NCBI GenBank assembly: GCA_010405405.1
Contig: MU004234.1
Coordinates: 2,515,697 to 2,579,696 of the forward strand
DNA: 64,000 nucleotides
From: Microthyrium microscopicum
Taxonomy: Eukaryota
Direction of reading: 5' to 3'
A program made the position numbers and the translations under genes. The notes below the pieces were generated by a model. That model made no database searches, had not been told where the DNA came from, and worked only from the letters and a program-made list of their open reading frames with translations. This document shows, in pieces, positions 38,703 through 52,143 of this stretch (positions are counted from its first letter, which is position 1; every line of letters begins with the position of its first letter).

Positions 38703-40455
38703 CTACCAGCCCTCAACATTTCTCATTCGAACAGCCATATCTTTCTTTGGCTTGCTTGTGATTCCACCACCAATTTCCAGCACATAGTCCTTATTTCCAA
38801 ATTCAATCTCAAAGCGACCCACCCAAGTCGCCAATAAACACGCAAACTCCGCCTTTGCAAAGTCTCGCCCAATGCACCCGCGTGGACCATCCAAGAACGT
38901 CAAGAAGCTGTAATGGCTGTCTGCACCACCTGTTTTGGCTCGGCCAGGACCCATCCAGCGATCTGGGTTGAATATCTTCGCATCTGGACCCCATAGTTCT
39001 TCGTTGACGTTTACGCTCCACGGACAGACGACGACTGCTGTGTCCTTTGGTATGAAATGGCCTAAAATCGTGTCGTCTTCTTTCGCGATCCGGATTGTTA
39101 GTGGCACGGATGGGTAGACGCGCAGCACTTCATTGCACACGGCATTGAGATAGGGGAGTTTGTCGATGGAGGCGGATGTGATCGTGCTCTCCGGGTCAGA
39201 AAGTGATGGCAAGTTGGCGCGGATTTCCTCGCGCAGGCGCGATTGGACTTCGGGGTGTTGGCAGAGATGGTAGCAGGCCCAAGCCATGGCTGAAGCGGTG
39301 GTTTCGTGGCCGGCAGCAAGGAATGTCATAAGTTGGTTGGCGAGATCCTCATCGCTAAAACCGCCAGACTCGATGGCGACGGAGAGAATGTCAGTGCCTG
39401 TAGAGCCTTTTTCGAGTGCAGCGCGCTTTTGTGCAATGAGCTCGAAGGAGATCTTGCGGATGGTGTGACGGGCGGCGATGATGTCTTGGTTTCGCTTGAG
39501 AGGCAGTCTTGTTGTCAGCCAAGTGGGTAGGAAGAAGCCCATCAATTGGGCTACACGATTTCCACCGCCAATGTTGAACACATGTCGGTAGCAAGTGTTT
39601 AGCTCGCCACTTGGATCTTTGATAACGTTGAAGTCGTGGCCCATACCAGCAACGCCGATGATGTCTAGCGTGACGCGACTGGCCCAGTCATTGATATCTA
39701 TCAAACATCCATCCTTGGAATCCTCACCGGTTTGGTTGTTATCAATATGTTTACTCATGGCTTCTGTGACTTCTTGTCCCTTGGACCAGAAGGTTGGGTA
39801 TAGTTCTTGCGCTGTCAGTTGAGAGTCTTCGGATTCTCCATGCCACTAACCTTTGATATGTCTGAAAGAAAAGGCAGGATTTAAAAGCTTGCGCTGCCTT
39901 CTATGTTCATCGCCTTCAGCAAACAAGATCCCGTTCCCAAGCAGCCGGCCTATGGTCAACCGGAAGAAGCTAGGCTTGATGAATTGATAGCTCTTGGTTG
40001 ACAAGACCTCTTGGAGTGCTTTCGGGGATGTGAGGAGAACACGCTGCGAGTTGAAGATGTGGTTGTATCTCATGATACCATTATTGGGAACTTCATCAGC
40101 CCATCTTGCCATAGGTGCACCAGAAGGCTCTCTCATAATAGTTGGGAAATGCCCAAAAAGCAGATTGCCACCCTGTTTTAATTGTCAGTATTGTCTAGAA
40201 ATATATCGCAATTGGTGACCATACCTTAGGTGCTGGGAGATTTCGCAAGGGGCTTAAGAAGAAGGGATAGACGAAAGCTTTGAACGCAAATAATACAGGC
40301 ATTGAAAGTACATATAGTATTAAGAAAGCACGAAACCAACTGCTAACAGATCCCGACTGCAGCGCGATACCTGGCAAGAAACCGCGACTCTGCAAAAAAG
40401 ATAGAGCACCGCATATGTAGAATAGCTGCGCGTACGTTATCGACAAGTAACCCAT
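38703..40455 (-). CDS. Cytochrome P450 monooxygenase (CYP617/FUM15-like type)
   Basis: N-terminal TM segment, introns 40173-40224 and ~39806-39850. AAGHETT, EVLR, PDRW and heme motif FLDGPRGCIG. Family assignment is tentative. Confidence 0.93.
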
Positions 40456-42357
40456 CTTGACTGTATGCTGCGCGACTTTTCTGAGCCCGAGGAAAGGTAA
40501 TAAGAAAGGTGAAATCTTCAGAGATGCAGGTCGGCGAGAGGAAGTGATGTTCCAGTAAAGCAGATTGGGCTAACTTCTAATCAAGGTTGAGATGGAGATA
40601 GTGTTGAAGTCATTGAACAGGGCGGCCAGGCTTCAGCACGTACGAAGTATGTGGATCATGAATGCTTCTACCTATGCATATTCCCGCCCCCCAAATGAGA
40701 AGGCAACTTCCGTCGGCGTTTAAGAAGGCCCGCTGAACGCTGAGGAATAGGGAGCTGCTGATTTGTCCAATTTGTCCAATTTGTTTCTTCTGTTGCAGCC
40801 TTTCATCAAAAGCAACCCCGGCGGACTTCGGTCAAACTGATCAAGCCGCTGGTTTTAAACCTCTAAGCGAGGTGGAATGACGCGCATGTAGAAATGTGGC
40901 GTAGAAACAGAGTTGAGCCACTCCAGTCTTCCAAGGTTCCCGTCGCGTGGAGATGCGCCACGTTTATAGATCGGATCCAGGGCAGTCGCGTGGGGACATT
41001 GCAACTTCAACTTCAACACCATTCTATCCTCATCCTACCACCCCGTGTCTTTCACCACTCCAATCTGTAGTTCATTTCCAGTAGTCTGTGAAATCGAGCA
41101 TAATCCATGATCTTGAAACGCAAGTGTATGTCGACAGAACCAGTCGCTTGATGAAAGCAGATTGTAAGCCGTAGCATACAGCGGGACCATTGATTAACTT
41201 CATCATTGTCTCCATTAGCATGACCAAAAAGCATATCCAGAGAGTATGCATATTGTGTTAAAGAGCTAGGAATGGCGGAAAACAAGCAGGATTGATCATT
41301 TCGCCTCAACCTGGGAGCGAACTACTTCCAACACTACGTCGTCTGATTCGGTTCCTCTGCAACCCCAAAGGAGAAGAGTACTGGCCTATTCCAGAAACGA
41401 ATCAGTCAGATGCTTCTTCTCCGTAATCAGCAGCTGGATATCAGGCCACAGAACTATTATCTTGAGGCCGGATTGAGGCATTCATCATACGAAAGCCTCC
41501 TACTGCAAGCTTCTGTGCGCTATGCCATCACCTATGAGGCTCACGCACGTTGCTGCAGTAATAGAAGTCTGGAGACCCTGCCACTCACTTCTGACATCCT
41601 TCAAACAGATTTCATTGTCACTTCTCATCATGAGCACACCGAAGTAAGCTCTGGGCAAGGGGTCAATTTTGACCTTGTCCTGGTGATTCATTCCGCAATG
41701 GGCAGATTGTGCGCCAAATGCTCCTTGAAGCGTGATGAAGATGTTACCGGTATTTGATCTGTTGGAGAAGATCCAATGACTGGAGATGACCGCACATGCA
41801 CTTTTCCAAGTCACATTGGAGACGATGCAAACCTGCACCATGGGTATAAAACCTAGACATGCATCCTTCAAAGTACCGCACCCACACATCGATCCAGCTA
41901 AACGACCACTTGAGCGTCAATCAAAGCCATATTATATAGCCATTCTCAACAGTGTAAGTCAACGGTTAGGACACCGTGCAATCATTGATATACCCAAGTG
42001 GGTCGGTCTTAACACGTCGAGGGGTTCCTTCCATACTCGTTGAGAACCGCAACTTCCTAACACTCGAACACGTCGTAGACAGCAGGTGCGTTCGGAAGTC
42101 ACTACTTCCTGCTTCTTTCGTACCTTCCCAGCAGCAGTTACCTCTTTCCACCTCTGTCACTTTGTGTCAGTCATTGGGCCCACAGAACTCTTTGATCTTC
42201 TTTCAAAATCCTCTTGACCTCATCTCAACCATCCCACTTCCTCCTCTCACACCAACCTTTTCTCTATCCGCTGCTACACCATATCCGACCCGCAACACAC
42301 ATTCTCTCTTCTCCATCATAAATCTTTCTTATCATACCATTCACCTGAACAGTCACG

Positions 42358-43769
42358 ATGCCACTATATCGCGAGCTCGCACGTGAAGCCAAGGAGCAAA
42401 ATCTCAAAAGCAATTGGAACAAGAAGCCTTACCATACAGCTAAGTGCGAGGAATGTGGTAAACCAAACCTGGACGAGCTATTTGTTTGCAATTTCTGTGT
42501 CCACAAAGTCTGCACACCCTGTTACGAAAATCACGACGCGCTCTACGACTCTCAGGATGAGGAGGCGGGCGACACTTTTGAACGAGATCTTTCACACATA
42601 GGCTGCCCAGATCTCCTGAGTGGTGCTCCCAACGGGCAGACTACTACCGCGCGCCCGCAGCCTCCAAAGCCTCCGAAGAAAAAGCGCGCTGCGCCGAGGA
42701 AGAAAGCTGCCAAACCGACTCAGCCAGCTGATACTACAAATGGGGCACAGGCTGCAAGCAGTGCTACTCATGCCAGTGTAAGTAATCTCAGTTCATCTCA
42801 AGATCTCTAGACTGACAAGCTGTAGCCGTCAGGTAGCTATCAGAATGGCTTCAACGCCATCAACACGTCAACCGCGCGGTATATGGGCTACAATCCAAGC
42901 TCGGATCCATTTCCATCCAGCCCAGCCCCATCCGTCCAGCGATTGATTCAGCCAGCACAGCTTCAACAGACTAGAGAGCTGGTATCAAGCCTGGTTCAAG
43001 AGCAGCATACCTCTGAAGATCAGAGCTTGAGCACATCAGTTAGCTCTGCCCACGGTTCAGCCCGCGGTAGCTACATCCAGATTGAAAAAAGCGTTGCGAC
43101 ATTTGAAATTGTTCTGGTCAAGAACTACCTTCGTGCCCAAATAGAGCCAGCTGAAATCTGTTTTTACCCTGACCTTCCCTCTGAGACAGCATCAATGCTC
43201 AGTCCACCTATATTTGCAATTCTTGATCCTTACAATGGCAACGTTGAGCAGTAAGTTCTTTCCAATCATATACTGTCATCTTATTCTTACCCACTTTTCT
43301 AGTTTCAAAGCTCCACAGCCTCTCCTTCCTGATATTCACCAGGACCTCCAGTTCACTGCCGAATCCGGTGGGGTCTTCCAGACTGTGGTTGAACAGGGTT
43401 ACTCTTTTGAGGCGCGGCGACACGAGTTGTTGATCTTCAAGGACCTTCCCTCGGAGACATCCACTCTTCGCAAATTCGTCGGTGGCATTCGCCTAGCCCG
43501 CCCAGTCCCTTCTACGGAGGATCCTCTGTAAGTGCTTATTCCTCCCTTTCTAGACTATCACTAATTCCTTATTTAGCTTCTATAATATGCGTCCTGGAAA
43601 CGTGCCTGCCGGTGCCGCATATTCCTATATCATGGAAAGCGGCTACTTGGCAGGTGTTGTTCTGGAGGATGCGGCTGCCAGTGATGGTATGCTCGTTGAT
43701 CCAGAGGAGACGGAATCAGAAAGTGATGTGGACGAGGAGCACCCTCGTAAACGGGCAAAGCTCGAATAA
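42358..43769 (+). CDS. Hypothetical nuclear protein with N-terminal Cys/His zinc finger
   Basis: CEEC-x10-CNFCVHKVCTPC and basic PPKKKR / PRKRAK segments. GTAAG...CTRAY...AG introns at ~42778-42825, 43251-43302 and 43528-43577 link the four ORF pieces. Confidence 0.75.
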
Positions 43770-44498
43770 AGGGTGGTTGCGTTATCAAGAAGGATATATC
43801 GCCTTCAATGCCCTTGTCGCTAGTAGCAAAGTAGAATTAGATCCAATGTTATATACATGTCTTATATAAATTCTTCTTTAATCCGATGTAGAATACAATG
43901 CTTGTGTGATATAGACGTATCCCATCAGGTGCGGTGGCATTTATCGCACTCGATGGGAGAACTACAAATGATCTCACGAGTCGCAGCTACCAGATTTCAA
44001 GCAGAAAAACCAGCAGATATCAGTATTTTCATCTAATTCATCCAACATTTCGTTCTAGGATTGAGTCGCAGAAGCAGAAAAGCTAGTGTCGATTCACCCC
44101 TTACAGTAGTAGTAGGAATTCAATATTATGTCAAGTTCAGAATGAAATTAGTCGCAAGGGCGACTTTTCTACCCAAACTAATTAAATTAGACGCTAATTG
44201 TACATGACTCCTTGCCAAATGCACCTTTCGAAAACTTGGGTATCATTATTAGGAGAGGTTCGATTCAAGCAACAATAGGAGATCGAACAGCTGGAGAGGA
44301 CGGCCCAGCTTCTGAGGCTGGCATATCGCACCAAGGCGTTTCAAGATGAGGAGAAGGTAATAGAGGATTTGAGGCTTCCTTGACTTGCTCGCTTCGCTCG
44401 GCCTGCTCGGCCTCATGGATGGTTGAAGGGGGTCCTTCAATTGCGTAGTTGAGTTTTGCCAGGATCTGGCCCAATCGACTCGGGTCCAACGAGTTATT

Positions 44499-45035
44499 CT
44501 ACGACTCGTGGCTAGCGATGGGTGTATTTGCTGGCACAGGATTGGTGAGGCCGCGTCCATCTGGGTGTGGACGATCGTTGGCCATCGCATCCACGTTGAC
44601 GACGCCTAGCTCTCTGAAGTTTGTGGCGATTTGGTCGGGGGATTGAGCGTTGAAGAAGACGTGGTTAAAGCGGTCGCCGTCATCGCGAGTGTGGCTATCT
44701 GGGAGGGGAAGAGGAGGTGATGCGACGTCGATGAAGCGACTGAATGTGTTAGCATTTGACTGCGATCGCAGGAGAGTGGACTTACCTGGTGGTCTCCGTT
44801 ACCAAGCGCTCGAGATTCTCGCTTCGCTGTCTGAGGATATCGGGGTCTATGGAGGGAGTGTGATTGTTGTTGGCGGTCCCGTAAGACATTGCGGCCGGAT
44901 CTGCGAGTAGATTTTGTGATTCGTTGACCTAATTGAAAAAAAAGGGTGAGTTCATATGTTGCCTCGAGGATGCTTGGAACTCACATCGTCGTCGCTGCCA
45001 TGGCCAAGGCCAAAGCACGAAAGGCAGGCGCCCAT
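44499..45035 (-). CDS. Ego1/Meh1/LAMTOR1-like lipid-anchored vacuolar adaptor
   Basis: Exons 45035-44985, 44928-44786 and 44739-44499 splice in frame: MGACLSCFG (myristoyl/palmitoyl motif), ESQNLL (acidic dileucine), DPDILRQRSENLERLVTETTSRFIDV. Confidence 0.8.
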
Positions 45036-46533
45036 TTCGAGATGCAGCATGGAAGTTTGGCTCGCCTCAGCACTTGAGGGACGATGCTCTATCGATGGGA
45101 GGTACAATCGCAAAATCGTAGCGTTGTGGTAGAGGAGGGGATAGCATTGGTCTGTGCGGCCATTCAATTATCGAGGAGAAAAAACACATGCATGATGGTC
45201 CCATACCACTACCAACCTTTCTCAGTATCAGAACCTTATATACCTCATCATTGAATTCACGTACTCTGTACTCTGTTTGATAATCATTCGGTCTCCTATA
45301 CGTTCAACGACCCTCTGCTTACGAAATGTTCATTTGCGAAAGGTGCCATCGGCGGATGGAGCAGTGATCTTGATTCTTGACCAGAGCATGCTGATTGAGA
45401 AAGCAAATATACGAGAACTTTCACACCTCTAGTATTCTTGTATTGCCAGTTTTTGATCGACTTTTACCTCGTGATGTTGTGCTACACCTTCTAGTATCAA
45501 TCTAACTGGAACTCTGAAGGTTGGAGTGGCTAGAGTAACAGCGGCCATCAGTGTGCACCTGATAACCATCTATTTACTGCCAAACTTTCATTCTCGCATC
45601 AACCAAGAACTCAGATCACTAAACAGCTTGATCCTAGCAACGGATCATCTAGGAAAGATCATCTTGTGTTGTGGTGTTGCAGAGCAATGAGCTAAACTAA
45701 CGCATTGCAGATTCCTATTGAACTTCATCAAAGTTATCGCCCAACTTCATCCATTGTCAAATTTCCTGGAAAGGTAGTTACGCGTCAATTTGCCGAAACA
45801 TCCTTCTTCTTAAGCACTTGGCGCTACCTCATTTGGCTATCATAAAACCGCTATGAGCATTTTTGCCTCCTCGACACGTCGCCATGTACATTCCTCGGAT
45901 ACCCGCCGTTGAGCCAAGATCCGAACATGACGGTGTTTCACTATCTAAGATCTATCTAGGCTAAGTGTAGCATAGATCGGATTGGCAGATCACTAAGGCA
46001 TAGAATGGAATCGAGCTGCATACTTCCAGTCTTGTGTCAACCAGATTTGATGGCTATTACCTTACCTTTGCTCACATTTCCAACATGGCACGATATCTGT
46101 CTAGGAGACTTGATCAGTAACACCAGTCAAGGAATATCAAAGGCATTTGAAGCTTTTGAATTGGTTCTTCCCTTCGGTGGTTCAAGGTTTCGAGTAAAGA
46201 ATGAGTGTGGCTCGACGAGATAGTATGCAAGCAAGGGATCTGACGCAGGTACGAGCAAAGAATGTCGCATTTACAACCTCCTTTCGCTTTGGCCGGCATT
46301 ATGGAGGTAATGCTTAGAGAAAAACCACCTTTTCCATCGCCACTTTCTAATTGCTCCATTCAGTCCAGCCCTGCAAGGGAATTCCTCGTGTAGGACGTCA
46401 CTCCTTTTTGGCTGGTGGTTGGTTTCTCGTACTGTTGATCATATAAGATGGATGTCTTTCGTTAGAAGACAGGTAAGAAACTTCAAGATTCATTCGTTGT
46501 GATTCAAGACGCCTCTCTTTGGGATCCGACATT

Positions 46534-49500
46534 ATGCGTCTCTTCCATACATTCGCTGTTCCATTGGTGGCTTTCCTTTCGGCTGATTTGGCACAAGCTG
46601 GTGTTGCTAAAGATTCACGAGATCTAGCATTAGTAAAACGTGGAGGCCTCATTAATCGCTTATTACATGTTTTCCAAAAGAAGCAAGCGCCGTCTACGGT
46701 CATTTGCACAACAGATGCTGTCCTAGAATGGGCAGCCACCAACACATTAGCTACCGAAGCTTGTTCCCGTCTTTTCCAAAGTCAAAATTTCACTGTCACG
46801 GTTTCAGTAACCCGAACCACGTAAATACGCTCCCATACCCACCGTATGATTTGCTGACATTGAACAGGGCTGAAGTGTCGATAACTGGAGTAAGAACCGT
46901 CTATGACCCTTCTACTGTTCATGTCACTGCGACCGAGACCTCGACTGTTACCACACCTGATGCTGGACAGAAACGCGCAGCAGCGCCGGAGCCAACCGTC
47001 GCGGCTTTTCTAGAAGAGCGCGGTGAGCTATCGGCAGACTTCCAGAATGCAGTGGAATTGGTTGCTATTGCCCAAACCTATGACCCATCCGTCTTTGCGG
47101 ATTGGGCACCAGTGCTATCCAGCGCATGCGTTTGTCTCCAGCTCGGCGGCGCTACTGTTACATCGACTGGTACAACTACAGTGGTTAGTATTGACAATAC
47201 TTTTCTATTCGTTCGAGTTCTAACTTTCTCAGACTACGACAGTCAATGCATACCAAGTCGTCGAGGCTCCAATGAACGTTACGGTTGCGGATTCCACATC
47301 TACCACAACAGTAACGGTCATGCGCAATGGAAACAGTACTTACTCTGCACCAGTTGGTCTACCGACATATCCAAGTGGTGCTATTGGTCTCCGCGAAGGG
47401 ACTATGTGTCCCGCTGGAGCCAACGCCCAGCTACCAGAACAATCCGTTATCCTCAACTCGACTCTCTACTCCTATGTGCCGTTTTGTGGATACAACTTTG
47501 CCAATGAGACTGCACTGACAGCTCTGAACTCGCCAGATCTTTATTCCTGTGGTATTGAATGCTTCAATGTCGACGATAACGTCGACGGCGCTGGTTGTAA
47601 AGGATACACCTTCGACGGCACAACCTGCAGTCTCTTCGCCACCGCCAGTGGTAGCGGCCTTGTTACCGATCCGACCATGGAAGGAGGCATTCTGGTTTCC
47701 GTTATTCCACTTCAGCCGACCGAGACAGTCCCATTCAATTCCTCTCCTGATAGTGATCAAGTTAGAAGTGCTCTTGTAACCATCACTGGCCAGGTTGTCA
47801 CAATCACTTCCCCGCCAGCTATTACAACCATTGGACAAAATACTCTAACTTTTTCAAGCTGCTCCACGGGTAGTTATTCGAACTCGACAGACCACCTTGA
47901 ATACAGTACTTGGACTTGCACACAGAACTCCTCATGGACTGCAAATATCGTGGAAACTTATACCGCGGTTTATAGCTCAGATCTGACCATTCTTGCATCC
48001 GGAGCAGGTGGAAATGGCTCAAATGGTGGTGGAGCCGGCAGCGGTCCCACGACATCGACAATTGTGATTAATGGAACTACGATTCTTTCAGTCATCAGCG
48101 GATCTGGAGAAACTGGAACCGGTGGTGGCGGTGTTGTTTCAACCGTAACGACAACGGGAGAGAACTTTACAAGTACATATCTGACCACCATAGCTACTGG
48201 GGGAGCCGGTGGAAGTGGCATCGCAGGTGGCGGACCAATTCTCACGACCGTAACCACGACTGGAGAAAACTTTACCAGCACCTATCTTTCGACAGTTGAA
48301 ACCGGTGGCTCTGGAGAAACAGGTACTGGTGGTAGAGAGCCAGTTCTTAGCACTGTTACTGAGATTGGAGACAACTTTACGAGCGTTTATGTGACGACGA
48401 TCCCAATTGGTGGTTCTGGAGGAACAGGTACCGGTGGTGGAGGACCAATCCTTACGACCGTTACTCAACCCGGTGACAACTTCACCAGCACATTTGTCTC
48501 TACAATTACAACTGGCGGCTCTGGAGGATTTGGGACCGGCGGTGGTGGACCAATACTGACCACTGTTACCCAAACTGGAGACAACTTCACAAGTACCTTT
48601 GTGTCTACGATACCAACAGGTGGTGCCTCAGATTCAGGTAACGGAGGCGGCGGACCCATCTCGCCATCGGTCACACCAGCTCCATCGACATCATCCATTT
48701 TATGGACGACTATCACAACGGTGTCCAATGGAACGTTGACAACACTTACAATTCCAGTTGATAACCGAGATTTTGGCTCTGATAGCGACAGCTCAACTGT
48801 TCCTCCTGCTTCCTTGACAACGATCACAGTGGTGGTATCTAACATCACTATCACTCAAGTATCAACACTTCCAATCAGTGGTCTCAGTGGTACTGTTACT
48901 GGTACTGGAGGTACCGGCCCATTGACCTCATCCGAAGGTTTCTTCAACGGCAGTGCCCCATCATCAATGAGCGGAACTGGAATCGGCACAGGATCATTCC
49001 CATCAGCATCAGTCTCTGACAACAGCACCTTCCCGACCACCATCCCTTCAAACACTACTTTCCCCAACACCACCGCCTCCGTCAGCATTGACAACCCCAG
49101 CATTTCTGGCAACCCACGCAGCGGTGACGACTCTGATTCCTCCTCCACACCATTCCCAGGCACGATCTCCGCCTCACCAACCGGATTCCCCAACTCCACC
49201 TGCTTCGGCGGTCCCCCCCAAACCGTCACCGTGACCGTCAACAGCCCACCCGCCGGCTGCGAGCTCGTCTGCACAACCGACGCCTTCCCCAGCATGTACT
49301 CGCCCATTCTCCCACCCATCTACGGCGGCGGCGGCAGTCCCACCGACAGCGCCATCCTCCCCAGCGCTTCCAACGACAACGGCACCGTAAGCATCCAAAC
49401 CTCACCACCCACACCCCCAACCAGCGACACCACATCTCCTCCCTCCGCCACACCAACTCTCGACCGCGTAGGCAACCCGCCTTACCTCCCACGCGCAGCC

Positions 49501-50049
49501 GGCACGCCCGCAACACCGGACCAGATCGACGCCGCCTGCGCTTTCGCAGGCAACCAAGTCTACAATGGCGAATTCGAGATCTCCACTATGGGCGCCGGCG
49601 CACTCCGCCCATCAGGCTGGTCTTTCGCCACGAACGAGGGCGGCGAAGATCAAGTGTACATAGTGACCAACGCCACGGACCAAGAAACACTCGGCGGGTC
49701 CAACTATCTACGCTACGAAAGCGATGAGACTGCCGCGATCGCTACTCTATCGCAGCCTTTGACGCTCTGCCCAGGTAGGACATATAACCTGGACTACTAT
49801 GCACGCGCATCAGTGAATGGTATGTGTAGTGTGACGATGGGACTAGGAAATGATACAAGAGAGGCAATGATGCCGCCGACAGATGCCTGGGAACTAGCGC
49901 CCGTGGATATGTTCACGGTGGGCAATGAGACGGATGATGCGAGCGTGACTTTGATGATCACGCTTGCGTGTCCAGGCCATGATGATGCAAACAGTGAGGG
50001 TGACTTTGTGGATTTGGATAACATTGGGCTTGTGGAAGCCAGTATGTAA
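46534..50049 (+). CDS. Large secreted Thr/Gly/Ser-rich glycoprotein with PAN/apple-like domain, tandem repeats and C-terminal carbohydrate-binding-like domain
   Basis: Signal peptide MRLFHTFAVPLVAFLSA, KR sites, introns ~46821-46867 and ~47184-47232. Cys pattern CGYNF...CGIEC...CKGYTF...CSLF. C-terminal NQVYNGEFE...LSQPLTLCPG...LDNI domain. Confidence 0.85.
48115..48660 (+). repeat. Five ~105-bp (35-aa) coding tandem repeats
   Basis: Unit GGGPILTTVTxTG(E/D)NFTST(Y/F)xSTIxTGGSGxxGT. Confidence 0.9.
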
Positions 50050-52143
50050 GTTTATGGAATATGATGCATGGCTGAAGATTGGCATTTGGTGGTGGGTTAT
50101 TTTTGTGGAAATTATTTGATGAGTATATCTTATGACTGTGATGAAGTACACGGACTGTTGGCGGAAAGATTTCTTGGGGTAATTTGACCCTGGGATTATA
50201 GATGGTGTTTTTGGTAATTCTTGTATGATGAAATGAAAAGCCTTTCGATTATTTTGATACTTGGTTTCTTTGCAGTGACTTGCTTGTCTTCATAGTTTGA
50301 ATATTCTACAACTTTCAAAAACAGAACCAGAAGAGTGGCATGATGCTTGTACTAGCCTATTCGTAATATTATTGTTTTGATATCATACCATGTTCTGTTT
50401 GGACACACTTCACTCCTTCTAGCTACGAAAGCCATATACTCTCAAAAGCTATGATCGGATATGTCGCCTTACAGAACAGGATATTGATAATGTAACAGGC
50501 AGTGACCTAAATCCAAGTTCACATGCAATGTAAGTTCTGCTCAGGGTTCAACTTCAAGCTTCAATAAACAGTGCACTGTTTCAAACCACCTCATGCGGTC
50601 CATGCATATTGCAAACAAGTGTCGTTCGGCCTACGGAAGGGTAGAACCGCAGACAGGCCGATTTATGCTCTGCGGAGCAATGGAGTTTGCAGAAACACAG
50701 GTGACAGAAACAATGGTCAAGTACCTAGGTACCTACCTACTCTATGGCTCCGATGAGATGTGAAATAAGTAAAGGCCTAGAACAGAATGGAGCATCATCA
50801 GCAGCAGCATTGAGTCTTGGATTCGTCGAGTGATGAATACAATTGTATGTGTTACTCGTATACCTAACGACATCGACATAATGACCACTACACACAGGCC
50901 TGGTGGGCGCAATTGATTCGCAGATATTTTGCTTACAGACCTCGCTATGCAGAGGCGAGAGTCAGCGAAGTTAAAATAAGGTTGGTGATTTTATTTGGCA
51001 GGTGAGAATTGATGATTGAGACTGGGATTTTAATTAGGCGGCGCAAAGGATCTATATTTGGGCGAATATACGACTGATTACGGCGTAGGCGAGTATGGCT
51101 TCTAGAATACGAAAGAAGTGAAGTTTAACGGAGTTACTTGTGCTTGATTGCAACAAAGCAAGGATTCTTTGGGTGAAGGTTGATTCTTGAATCTTGAATT
51201 GTATAGTTCAAAGTTCAATGGTGATGCCGATGATTTCGATTCAGTTATGTTTGATTTGCTGGCCCACTCCCATTTTGATGCGAACCACCAAACAACCTAG
51301 AATGTAAAGAGTTTAGCGCCAGGAACAATGTGCACAAGCGCAAGCTATCCCGACTCTCACCATTGGCTGCATGGCCAGCGACTAGGATGTGGGTTGCAGA
51401 TCATTGGAAGATGGTGCCCCTGATTTCCTTTGTTCCTGCTGGATGTGGGACGTTGGGTCAGCCTCATTTGAGCCTCGAGACGGTCTTTACTGTCTCAGGA
51501 GTCGCGCGCTGTTTCCTCTCCCGGCCAATCCTTCCTGCCCGCTTGGCCAACAGTTCCTTCCCAACTTTCCCTGTGCGCCTGCCAAGTTGGTTTGGTCGCT
51601 GCTTCTGCGCTTGGCCTCAACCACCAACCCGTCGCTGCCCGTTTCAACGAGGTCGTCTCTCTCTCCACACTCCACACTCTCACATTCTTTTGATCTCTAC
51701 CCCGTCCTCCTCCACTATCTCTGTCGTCTCTATTAGGTCTTGCACCAGCTGCAAACACCGTCCCTTCTTTTTGTCCAACTTCGCCATCTTCTCTTTGGCG
51801 TTTGAAATGTCATAAACCCCTTGCCGGTTCAGTGCTCCTCCAAACGAGCACTCCAAGGACGACACTCTGCTATTGTGTCCATTCACTCTTTTCAACACTC
51901 AAATCCTTACAATCCCGCCGGTCGTGGCCATTCATTCTTTTCAGCCTTCAATAAATCAAATACATCATTCGACAATACCCAATTGTCTCTCACCAAACTA
52001 TCGTCGAAACACATTTCTTACCAGCCACATTCCGTTCGCGACCGATTCCTCAACCACCACCACTTTGTCACTCTGGACTTCCTGCCAACTCAATCAAGGC
52101 GAAACTCAGCCGGCTGAGTTGCGCTTAATAACTCTTGTACATC

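Noticed and set aside
41052..42386. Short ORFs between the P450 and the zinc-finger gene
   Set aside because: No recognisable domains, and they overlap on both strands; likely promoter/UTR sequence.
48115..48660. CRISPR-like periodicity
   Set aside because: In-frame degenerate coding repeats in a eukaryotic gene, with no unique spacers and no cas genes.
47431..50151. Multiple minus-strand ORFs over the secreted repeat protein (and over KCH1, the ATPase and the LPMO)
   Set aside because: They are antisense shadows of GC-rich or repetitive real CDSs.
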